Assembly (NCBI GenBank): GCA_951406725.2
Contig: OX597815.1
Span: 43,090,001 to 43,154,000, forward strand
Source of the DNA: Octopus vulgaris
Lineage: Eukaryota
Reading direction: 5' to 3'
DNA length: 64,000 nt
Shown: positions 52,904 to 64,000 of the stretch, one piece after another
Position numbering within the stretch: the first letter of the stretch is position 1
How the letters are laid out: the number at the start of each line of letters is the position of its first letter
Made by a program: the position numbers and the translations under genes
Notes under the pieces: generated by a model
What the model saw: only the letters and a program-made list of their open reading frames with translations
Database searches by the model: none
Told to the model about the DNA's origin: nothing

Positions 52904-53223
52904 GAATAAATATCTGAGTGAGATATAAGCAGTAGCAGCACGACATCGGGAAGTATATTTGCCACCTAAATGTGGCTGACACTTATGGGACGATGCTACG
53001 GTAGTTTATAGCCCCAGGAAAACATCTCCTCCAGCTGGCTAATGACACACTGAACGTGCCCTATCAGTATTTGCAAAGCGAAATCATCGTTCTGTATTTT
53101 CTTGTCGATTTTGAAAAGTATTTTATTCTTGATATTATTTCCTCTTCTCGTTTTGAGTTGGTCTATCTCACCTGGAAGTAGAGATGATGTTAATAAATCA
53201 TGCATTTTTAAAAAGTTATTTCC

Positions 53224-53308
<85 letters not shown>

Positions 53309-53311
<3 letters not shown>

Positions 53312-53790
53312 GAAACACCTTAAAATTTCAAGGAAATTTATTTTAATATGGACTACCTTTGGCAGTAATTACAGCTTGACTTCTACGAGCTATGGACTCG
53401 TACGATGTTTGAATTGTTTTAAAAGGATTTTTTTGTTCATTTTTCAGGCAAAAAGAGCTAAAATTTTGGGAACTGTACTTTTGTTGATCCTTTCTAACAA
53501 TTCGCGTAAGAGTCCGACGGTCCCTATCTGAAAGTTTTGGTTTTCTTCCGGTATTTTGTTTCGAGAACAATTGCCCTCTTTGAAAGTCCGATAGATCTGT
53601 CATTTTAATGATTTTTAATTACCTTTTTCTGATGATATCTGAAAAGAAACAGCAATTTTAGCAAAACATATTAAGCAACACTAATAATAAATGAAAAAAC
53701 AAAAATAAACAAGCTTTTGATAGTTTTATAGATATTTCAAAATTATGATGCTATGAGGCTAGGTGCTTCCATTATTTTGTCCAACCCCTG
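53309..53790 (-). mobile_element. Tc1-like deletion derivative
   Basis: MTDLSDFQRGQ...GRKPKLSDRDRRTLTRIVRK...YESIARRSQAVITAKG. TIR CAGGGGTTGGACAAAATAATGGAAGCACC with TA at the right end; partial TGGAAACACC at the left. Confidence 0.88.
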
Positions 53791-55104
53791 TATATATGTA
53801 TATATACATACCTACATACATGTGTGTGTGTGTGTGTGTGTGTGTTGTGTATATGAGTGTGTGTGTGTTGTGTATGCGTATGTTTATATGTATGCCTTAT
53901 TTTGCAATTTTATTTGCATAAATTTATGTATTATTTATTTATATATTAATATTTCTGCATATGCGCCTGTACCTGAGCTAACACGATCTATTCATTTACA
54001 TTAACACATACGTTATAAACTCTGACTCCCACCCTTTCTTTCACTATCTGCCTATCTATATGCCTCTTTTACTAACTCTCACTCAGTGTTTCATTATTTC
54101 TCTCCCAATCATACTTTCCTTCTTCCTTTATCTCTCACTCAGTCAGCCTCTCTTTCCCCCATACCTTTCTATCTCTGTCTCTCTCTTTCTCGTAGCAGAA
54201 ATATTCCTTTTTCAAAATGCCGTATTGACATGAAGATTTATGGGAGCATGCCTACCTACATTGACTTAAAATTCTTCAGATTTAGCGCTTACCGCTTTCC
54301 TCGCTCTACTAGCTAACATAATACTAACGATACAACATAAACAGCCTTATAGCACTACAATAGAGCCGCACTTTTTTCTTCTTAACTTAACACGAAATCC
54401 ACACTCCTCATACAGACTCCTTGAAAAACCGGCATCTGGTCTTGATCAACGCTAAATTACACCACCCCCTATACTCGCTCACTGCTTTTTCTTTTTTTTT
54501 CGCATGCCCGCATAGAAACACAAACACACACACACGCACTACATACGTACACACTCATATACGAACATATTCACAGATACGCACGCACGCGTAGATAATC
54601 ACACGAAGACGTTTATACACATGCGTATACCGCACGTCCACAAGCACGCTCGTGCGGGTTTTCCCACCAATCTACAGGCGAACGTGAAGTTATCTAAATG
54701 TATGTTGAATGCAACGTCACTGCCTCACCCACTTTCTTTTTCTAATTAAAACAAAGACGGATATGCTAGATAACTTTCTCACAGGCGCCCGCGCACTTTC
54801 ATTCGCGCGCGCGCCCACACATATACATTTATGTATTCATACCTTTTTGTGTGCGTATGTATATACATATGCATATACATACAAAGATACATACATACAT
54901 GCATACATACAAATACATACGCACATACAAATGTGTGTATAGGTGAGTCTGTGTGTTTGTATGTGTGTGTATGTATACTCATACATTTATTGGGGTGTGC
55001 ATTATATGTATGTATATATGTACACACACACACATATTTATGTGTATATATTCATGTGTGTATGTGTGTGAGTGTGTGTGTGTGTGTGTGTATGTGTGTG
55101 TAAA

Positions 55105-55690
55105 GACTGTGGTATAAAGCCTGCGTCCCAACCACATGGCTCCGGGTTCAGTCCCGCTGCGTGGCATATTAGGCAAGTGTCTTCTACTATAGCTTCAGGC
55201 TGACTAAAGCCTTATGAATGGATTTGGTAGACGGAAACTGAAAGACGCCCGTCGCATATATGTATATATACAGCATGTATATATCTATGTGTGTGTATCT
55301 TTGTGCCTGTGTTTGTTTCTCCATCACCGCTTGACAACCGGTGTTGATGTGTTTACGTCCCCGTAACATAGCGACCACTAGACTAAGTACCAGGTTTAAG
55401 ATAATAAATCCTGGGGATCGAATTGCTCGGCTAAAACTCTTCAAGGCGGTGCTCGAGCATAGCCGCAGTCAAATGACTGAAACAAGTAAAAGAATAAACA
55501 CACCAACACCGGTTATTAAGCGGTGGAGTGGGGGCAAACATACACACACTCATATATATATGTATATATGACAGGCTTCTTTCAGTTACCATCTACCAAA
55601 TACACTCAAAAGGCTTTGGTACTCTCGAGGATATAGTAGTAGATACAAACCCAGGGTGCCGGTTGGAACGCAGGCTTCTTACCACACTCC
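55105..55690. mobile_element. SINE family A plus copy (55105-55497) abutting a minus-strand fragment (55498-55690)
   Basis: Family A matches in opposite orientations. Confidence 0.8.
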
Positions 55691-56104
55691 ACGGCGGCGT
55701 ATAACGTGAAAAATTATAAAGAAATTTTATAAGAATGAAATATTGAGCAACCCGAACAAAAAAATATATGAGTTGGGAGGAGGACTTTATAAATAAAACA
55801 GAGATAAAAGAAAAAGTAATCTTAATGTAAAAAGTACAAAAAGTAATATACCTGAACGATAAAATAACAACAAGCAAATATATTCAAGCATACATAAAAT
55901 ACGAGATATGTATACCGAGACACAAAAGAAACATTTATAACTGGTTGAAGTTGTATGTAACAAAAGTTATGATTCTCATGCCAATGCCCTCGTCATGCTA
56001 ACATATGCATCGATGTGAAAATTTACTTTTCTTATCAACACATATACTCATACAGGTATACAATATCAAATGTAACCATAGTACATATAAACATATACAT
56101 ACAA

Positions 56105-56268
56105 GCGCAGGAGTGGCTGTGTGGTAAGTAGCCTGCTTACGAACCACATGGTTCCGGGTTCAGTCCCACTGCGTGGCATCTTGGGCAAGTGTCTTCTACT
56201 ATAGCCTCGGGCCGACCAAAGCCTTGTGAGTGGATTTGGTAGACGGAAACTGAAAGAAGCCCGTCGTA

Positions 56269-56343
<75 letters not shown>

Positions 56344-56548
56344 CTGTGTTTACGTCCCCCAACATCGCTTGACAACCGATGCTGGTGTGTTTACTTCCCC
56401 GTCACTTAGCGGTTCGGCAAAAGAGACCGATAGAATAAGTACTAGGCTTACAAAGAATAAGTCCTGGGGTCGATTTGCTCGACTAAAGGCAGTGCTCCGG
56501 CATGGCCGCAGTCAAATGACTGAAACAAGTAAAAGAGTAAAAGAATAA
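56105..56548 (+). mobile_element. SINE family A, full length, well preserved
   Basis: Complete head, (TA)n(TG)n and tail. Confidence 0.93.
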
Positions 56549-56849
56549 GCAAATACCTGTCCATCCATCCATCCATATATCCATCCATCCATCCATCCAT
56601 CCATCAATCCATCCATCCATCCATCCATACACACATACATACATACATACATACATACATACATACATACATACATACATACATACATACATACATACAT
56701 ACATACATACATACATGCATGCATGCATGCATACATATATACATACATACAGTTGTGGAAATCAGCTGCTCAGCGGATGTTTACACAAAGCTAAAGATCC
56801 CCTGCAGAGGAAGATGATGGGTTTATGAAACGCATTGTGGATTACGAAA

Positions 56850-57456
56850 CCAGCTGGATTTGCCTAAAAAATTGTCAGATTGTTGCCTTAATGTGATTAG
56901 CCTGGTGTGCTGTTGATCAGGTGTCAGAAGACGTGGCTACCAGCGAGCTGAAACCTTCGTCATGCTGAGTTCATTGTGCAGAATATTCCCAACTCTCTTA
57001 CGGAATATGCTAGTAGCATTGGCTACTTGATTTATACTCAATCGCCTGCCATCCATCATCATGTGGTGAACGCAATCAATGTTTTCCTCCGTGGTAGCAG
57101 TTTCAGGATGTCGAAATTTTGGGCCATCTTCAAGACATTCCCTTCCCCTCCTGAATTCATTTCCCATTTTTGCACTGTTGATAGAGCTGGAGCATCATCC
57201 CATGATACAGCAACCATGTCAGCATGAATGTCTTTGGGGGATAAACTCTTTTTCTGTAGGTACTTGATAATACCACAATACCAAATTTTGTTCACTTTCA
57301 AGAAAAGTCGCAACCAGCTCCTTCTGAAGTCTTCTTTGTGGAGTCAAATGTCAGTTTACCTGGAAAGGAAAAAAATGCAGTTGTTAATAAGAAGAGATGA
57401 AATTAATGTATGCAAGATTTCAAAGCCCTAGCACCACTCCTTCATAGTCGGTCGTA
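56850..57456 (-). mobile_element. Mariner (irritans-like) N-terminal remnant
   Basis: IIKYLQKKSLSPKDIHADMV..DDAPALSTVQKW..EFRRGRECLED..PETATTEENID..KVSARW*PRLLT. Confidence 0.88.
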
Positions 57457-58153
57457 TATTGTGATTTTTAACACAAAAAGACGTCTATAACGGGGTTTCC
57501 CCCCAGAAAACCTTGCAGCTACTAGCATTTCCACGATTTACATATGTAAAATATATCACATAAATAATGCAATACGGTTTCTTTTAAAACTCTCTTCTTG
57601 TAAACAGCAGGTGAACGCACCGCAATTTTTGCTGAACAACCTGCACAGATGATTTTCTTATAGTGATCAAGTGTTTCTGCTGTATATTAGCAAACTCACG
57701 TCATTAAATTGACTTTTTCTATGTAGGTGCACGATGTGCCTCACATCAGGTGTCGAAGTGGTTACAGTGCAAAGAAAAATGAAATGTTTTACTCAAGAAC
57801 ATAATGCACAGCCCAGAAATCGAAACAGCGATCTTACACTCGTGAGTGGAACACCTTTACTACCAGACCACGCACCTTCAATGTAGTATAATATGATATA
57901 ACATATATAAAAATACTACGGTTAGCATCATCGGAAAGAAGGATGACTCGTTAGCATCTATTATGTTTTCATTAATTGATTATAAGTAATCATAATAGTT
58001 CGAGCAAATAGAGAAATTCTGTTAATCCTTCCACCTTTGTCTCAACTGATAATCCAAGATGTGATAACTAGAAGGAAGTGCTGTAGTAGCATTTGAATCG
58101 TATTTTCTTCATCGAACCTGATAAATATTCCCACACTGTTGACACACACGCAT

Positions 58154-58209
<56 letters not shown>

Positions 58210-58214
<5 letters not shown>

Positions 58215-59668
58215 AAACAACATGTTGTACGGAGCGCCGCATGGATAAATCAAAGGTAGAACAGAAAGAACACAACAAACGGAAACCAACAAAACACAAC
58301 ATGCGGAAAAATAGACGATAGCATAACAAACGGCAAACAGGGCAAAAACAAGATAGATGGATCATTCGCAGCCGATTTCCTCATCAGTCGGAGTCCGGAA
58401 AGTCCTTGCAGTTTCGCTCTCCTTTATCCCTGAGACTTCTCGAATTCGGCGAGTGCCAGAGATTAAAGCTAAAAGCATTAAGCCTCTGGGAAAAGCAAAA
58501 AAATGTATACAAGAACGAACACAGGAACAGAAACAAAAACGAGAAAACTAGAATTATATACGTACAACAGAATGCCTTTTCGGCTATACAATAGAGGGGA
58601 AAAATGTGTACATATACGAAAACTTTTTGTACATATTTTGTACATATACGAGATAAATAAGCAACAGAAAGGGTCTTTCGACTACCGGACGAACATAACG
58701 TTATAAAATAATGATGCAAGTGCAACAGAAAAAGAATTATACATATACAATGGACAAACGCCTTTCGGCTATACAGCAAAAGGAAAATAATTGTACAATT
58801 ACAACATGAATAAATAACAAAAAGGGTCTTTCGACTATCAGACGAGCGTAGTAAGCTGGTGTAAAGGAAACGGAAAAATGGAAAATGTTAACAGACCGGG
58901 TGGGAGGACAGACGGACGCGACCAGCCTGTAAGGCGGCTGGTCGAAAAGGACGACAATGCCTTAATCGGACAGCGATCACGTGGCAGGAGAGAGAAGGAG
59001 TTGAAGAGGGAAGAGGGACTAAGGAATAGGAGAGAAAGGAAAGAAATCAGAGTGTCTAAAGAATGAGAGGGAAGGGAGATAGAGGAAAAGAGAGAGGAAA
59101 AGGTACAAGGGAAGTAAGTGAGGAAGGAAAGCAAAGGGATTGAAAAACAAGAGGGAGGGGGAAGGGATTAAGGAATACGAGAGAAAGAAAATGAAATCAG
59201 AGGGACTGAGGAATGTGGGGGGAAGGGAAGAGAGAGACAGAAAGAGAAAGAAAGGAGAGAGAGAAAGAAATAGAGACAAGGAAGGAATAAGGGAGAAAAG
59301 CGAAGAAGAGAGGGTGAGAGAGACAGAAAGAGATAGATAGAGAGAAAAACAGAGAAAAAGAGAGAGAGAGAGTGAGAGAGAGAGAAGGAATAAAAGAGAA
59401 AAGCGAAGAAAACAGGGTGAGAGTCGTACACAATATTTAAGGGATATCTTTTTTAACGGAGCACTGCATGGATAAATCAAAGGTAGAAGAGAAAGAACAT
59501 AACAAACAGAAACCAACAAAAGATATTCGGAGATATGAGGGCGAAACTACAAGGACTTTCTGGACTTCGACTGATGAGGAAATCGGCTGCGAATGATTCA
59601 TCTATCTTGTCTTTGTCCTGTTTGGCGTTTGTCGTGCTATCGTCTATTTTTCCCCGTGTTGTATTCAT
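58210..59668 (-). mobile_element. Penelope-type non-coding element with direct plus inverted terminal repeats
   Basis: 58229-58293 is repeated directly at 59457-59521, and ~58295-58425 is repeated inverted at ~59540-59665. Related fragments lie at ~52600-52750 and ~60170-60320. Confidence 0.6.
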
Positions 59669-59719
59669 AGATACGTACATACATACATATATACATACAC
59701 ACACATATATATATATATT

Positions 59720-59826
59720 CAATCCCGCTGCATGGCACCTTGAGCAAGTGTCTTTTACTATGACCTCGGGCCGACTAAAAGCCTTGTGGGTGGATTTGGC
59801 AGACGAAAACTGAAAAGAAGCCTATC

Positions 59827-59902
<76 letters not shown>

Positions 59903-60145
59903 TTATATTTATGTGTATGTGTGTGAGTGTGTGTGTTTATGTGTCTGTGCTTGTACCCTCACCATCGCTTGACAACCGTTGTTGGTGTGTTTATGTCCAC
60001 GTAACTTAGCAGTTCGGCAAAAAAGACCTATAGACTAAATACTAGGCTTACAAAGAATAAGTCCTGGGGTCAATTTGTTCGACTAAAAGGCGGTGCTGCA
60101 GCATGGCCGCAGTCAATTGACTGAAACGAATAAAAAAATAAAAGT
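59720..60145 (+). mobile_element. SINE family A, 5'-truncated
   Basis: Body and tail match family A. Confidence 0.85.
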
Positions 60146-60989
60146 ATATACACATACATATATATATATATATGAAAGAAAACAAAAAAGGGAACAAAAG
60201 CGTAGCAGGTGACAACAAAACAATCGGACAGTTAGACGATGCAAAAAAGGACTGGTCATTCGGAGCTTTCTACCCTCAGTCAATTTCCAGATTATCTCAG
60301 CAGTTTCGGCCGACGCAAGTTTATATATACATATATGCATATATGCATATGTGAATGTATGTATGTGTGTATGTATGTATGTATGTATGTATGTATGTAT
60401 GTATGTATGATTGTATGTATGTATTCACGTACGGAAACACTATGCGCGCGCGAGCGTGTGTATGCGCGTATAGATATGCATTTAACAATTGTATCGCGAT
60501 GAATCGTTGACACAACGTAAATAATTGAATGTGTTCTATTCAAAGTTAAAATATGTGAAATAATTACTTTGAACTCTATACATTCCATAAAACAAGTTTT
60601 ATTGAATTCAAAACACGTTGAATAACTTTAGAAAATGTTCATACTCTTGCGCATAAGCACAATTATTTGCTCACTCTAACACAATCGGTGACATGGATAA
60701 GCTTAAGTAATTTTTCTTGTATTTCTTTAGAGTTTGCTTGTATACATTTTAGTATTCTTTCCAAGGTTTTAAAGCTAAATGTTGAAGTTTCTGTGGTCGC
60801 TAAATTAAGTGTTGTTATTACACTTATAAAGTAAATTAATATTTATGTTTATAATAACACACATACCATTAAATACAGATATGTTGCAGAGAAAGAATTA
60901 TCATACAGATAGTTAGAATATATGTTATTTTAAATTCGAATTATGCAATAGAAGCTGCTCTCTATCATAAAAACATCACCAGCACAATA

Positions 60990-61084
60990 TACTTAATGTA
61001 TGCGTGTTATTTAATCACCAGAAGCTGGGGTTTTCCGTCCGGGAAAAATTTATTTAAAGACGTATTCTGCTAAAAACAAACCCA

Positions 61085-61146
<62 letters not shown>

Positions 61147-61224
61147 CACCACACGTGTTTAAATAGTTTTCCCGGACGGAAATCTGCAGCTTCTGGCGTT
61201 TAGAGAATACACATACATTAAGTA
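60990..61224. repeat. Foldback/MITE-like element with a (TA)n core
   Basis: TACTTAATGTATG...CCAGAAGCTG..TTTCCGTCCGGGAAAA mirrored by TTTTCCCGGACGGAAA..CAGCTTCTGG...CATACATTAAGTA. Confidence 0.75.
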
Positions 61225-64000
61225 TGTAGTATTGATAATATATTATTTTGCTTAACCCTAGGTTAAAGCTGATCTATGAGGAGTATGATCACAGATCTTC
61301 TAAACATTGCCGTCCAGTTTTGTATATTCAGAACATTCTCCAGTGTGTTCATTATTTCAATAAGTCGATACGTCGGGTGAGATTTAAATGAGACTCGACA
61401 GCTACTTCTAACAGGTCGTGCAATCGCATAGAGACTCAATCATTGGTTTGTAATTAGAATGTATAGACTTTATAAATGAGTTGAATAAACTTTAGTGAAA
61501 ATGTTTATGAGATTAAACTAAGCTGCCGTTACTAGGTCAAAAGTAAAATTACACTGCACATAAGTGGCTTCTTTATAATATTTCTGTATTTAACATTGAA
61601 AACTTCTATTTTAAATATATTCTCGCAATATGACTGTTGATGTTGCTTTCACCCTATCGAGAAACCAAAGACTAAAGGCATTAAAGGCGTTCCAGTCGTG
61701 ATCGTCCTGTCCTTTTGAGGTGTCCCTAGCTACTTTATGTAATATACCCTTTTTGAAAACAGCATCGCTGAAGGTAAGAGTGGGGAAACCCCTGCATGCA
61801 TTCAAGTTTGGAAGCTAATTGCCGACGTAGTTTCTAAGATCCCATTATAATAGAAATTTTAAACTGGAAAGCGGCAGAAACGATGTTAGCCTTAAAGCCA
61901 AGCAATAATTTACTAGGAATTGTATAATAATGCATTTATAAATTTCCCCATCCTTTATATTTTTCCGCGCAACTACGACACCATCTCTTCTGATATACGC
62001 TTGTAATCTGGTCTCGATATTGGAAAAGTTCCACGACATCGGCATGGAGGCTGAAGAAGTTAAAAGTCTGTGGTTTGAGCAAAATACAACGAATGTTATC
62101 CATAAACCAGAGACAGAAATGAAAGCGGCTAGGTGAGGGACGAGAGAGAAAAGAGGAGGAGGAGGAGGAAAGTGTGTGTGTATGCGTGTGTGCGTGTGTG
62201 TGTGTGTGTGGTGTGGTCTAAGACTTGGAAAAGAAGAGCTGACGTAGAAATGAGGTGAGGTAGAATTCGAAAGATGGAATGCTTTTGAATAGTAAACCGC
62301 TTTCCCCGGTTTCTTGTGATGATGATGGTGGTGGTGGCAACAGCGATGAAGATGACGGTTGTAGTTATTGTGGTATGTCGGAAATGGTAATATAGGGTAA
62401 AATAATATCATACTGAGAGCATGAAATAAACAAACAAATATGTAAGTAAATAAACAAACGAACAAACAATAAATACATAAACGTAAGAAAAGCTTTGTGC
62501 ACGTGGAGTTTTGATAGCGTAAATGAGCGAAGTCAAAAGCGAATCGTGGACAGGGATGGTAAATTATTGAGGGGATATGCGCCGATGTTTTGGTATGCGG
62601 TTGTAAGACGTATGTAAAACACGAGCCTTCTGTTAGAGGTAAGAGAGAGAGAGAGAAAAAAAAAGGAAAAAAATGAAACACAAGAAAGAATGGGTAGGAA
62701 AAGGGTACGGGAGGAGTTGAAAGTGAAACAGCGGGAGGGTGTTCCGGAAGACAAAGGAGGGGGTGATGGTAATTGGATGATTAGACAGAAAGGACAATTA
62801 TTAGGAGAGATTCTGTAACAGAATTTCTGCGTGAACGTAAGATAAGTATGTGTACGTCTGGCAAGACTGAATGGTTAAGAAATTTACGTCGCAGTCATGG
62901 GATCATAAGTTCAATCCTACCTCAAGATAACTTTGGGGAAATATATTTTACATAGCTATTTTTGTATCGCAGGAAGGTCATTATGCTAATAAAAAGCACA
63001 CGTATTGACTCTATTGCACTTCTTTTATTATTATTAACCAGTCGGTTAACTATTTAACCAATTAACTCATCAATTATGTGATCACTAGTTTAGTCAATCA
63101 ATCAGTCAACTATGTTTATGAAAATGCTTTTATCGCCATTTGCGGCCTCAACAATGACATGCTCTTTCTAAGGGCATATCATTGACTGATAATAAAAAAA
63201 ATGTGGAACAGAACCAATGTGTGCGTTTATTATTGGCATAATAATTGTCCCGATACACAACAAAATGTACTTCAACATACGAGTTCATATCAAGAATCTT
63301 GTAAACCAAATGCAAGAACGTAATATCATTTACATAGCTTTGTGATATCCGAAATCTAGTGAGTAAAAAAAAAAAATAGTTGGAAACTAACTGAAAGTCC
63401 TACGGACAGACTCTATCAGAGCTCGAAAGAGACTGACATGTCACAGTCTGCCAGCCTCATAATACACAGAATCTGCGTTAGAAGTGCATTAAAAATATGT
63501 CTGTGGAATATTCAGCCACTTAAACTATGACATACATCACATATTTTATACACAGAACATATACATACATACATACATAAAAAAGTAGGCAGTGTGAAAG
63601 TGACTTGGGGAAGGCAGGAATAGAATAGAGATGTTAAAATAAAGAACTAGTAAGGATATATTATATCTTGAGTTCAACCCAGTTGCTATCCTGACATTAA
63701 AATTGTACAAAGATGTTTGTATAGAACGTACACAAGTACTCAAACTTACACTTTCAAACCTTAGCAATCAATTGCTTTTCCGAGGTGTGTCAATAAGCTT
63801 TTCCCATCAATTAACTGGTGGAAAACGTATTGATACACCTCACGGTACGGAACATCAAGTTTGCAAAACATTCCATAACGCGAAAGTTTTGTAACACGAA
63901 ACTTATTGTCCATTGATTTTCATGCTATAAATAGACAGACATTTCGAAAGATATTTTTCGCAAAAAAAAAAATTATAGTAATGACAAGAGCAACCACTTT

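Noticed and set aside
54418-54455. 5S-like fragment TTGAAAAACCGGCATCTGGTCTTGATCA
   Set aside because: Too short and divergent to support.
61845-62681. 278-aa minus-strand ORF
   Set aside because: Low-complexity composition spanning (CA)n and (CAT)n tracts, with no recognisable domain.

Overview
Eukaryotic, AT-rich, microsatellite-saturated DNA. The SINE families, (TA)n/(CA)n/(TATC)n/(TATG)n arrays and LINE types look like a coleoid cephalopod, probably Octopus; this is an inference from family recognition. No host protein-coding gene can be supported, and almost all listed ORFs are microsatellite translations. The window is a nested transposon graveyard. It holds a fairly well-preserved 5'-truncated RTE LINE (YADD RT plus C-terminal C2H2 fingers), Penelope-like RT remnants and an old LINE with an apparent twin-priming inversion. 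DNA elements include several mariner/Tc1 deletion derivatives, pogo-like MITEs and two Helitron derivatives. There are also many tRNA-derived SINEs and one 5S-rRNA-headed SINE. A ~1.9 kb repeat across a 100-N gap is probably an assembly artefact. The most interesting signal is a set of short, non-coding, foldback (inverted-repeat) elements next to (TA)n tracts. Several carry Penelope-type minimal hammerhead ribozyme motifs, including one fully canonical core at 32235-32308 on the minus strand. One of them has a tRNA-like Pol III head, suggesting a SINE-like passenger of Penelope machinery. Coordinates of degraded elements are approximate.
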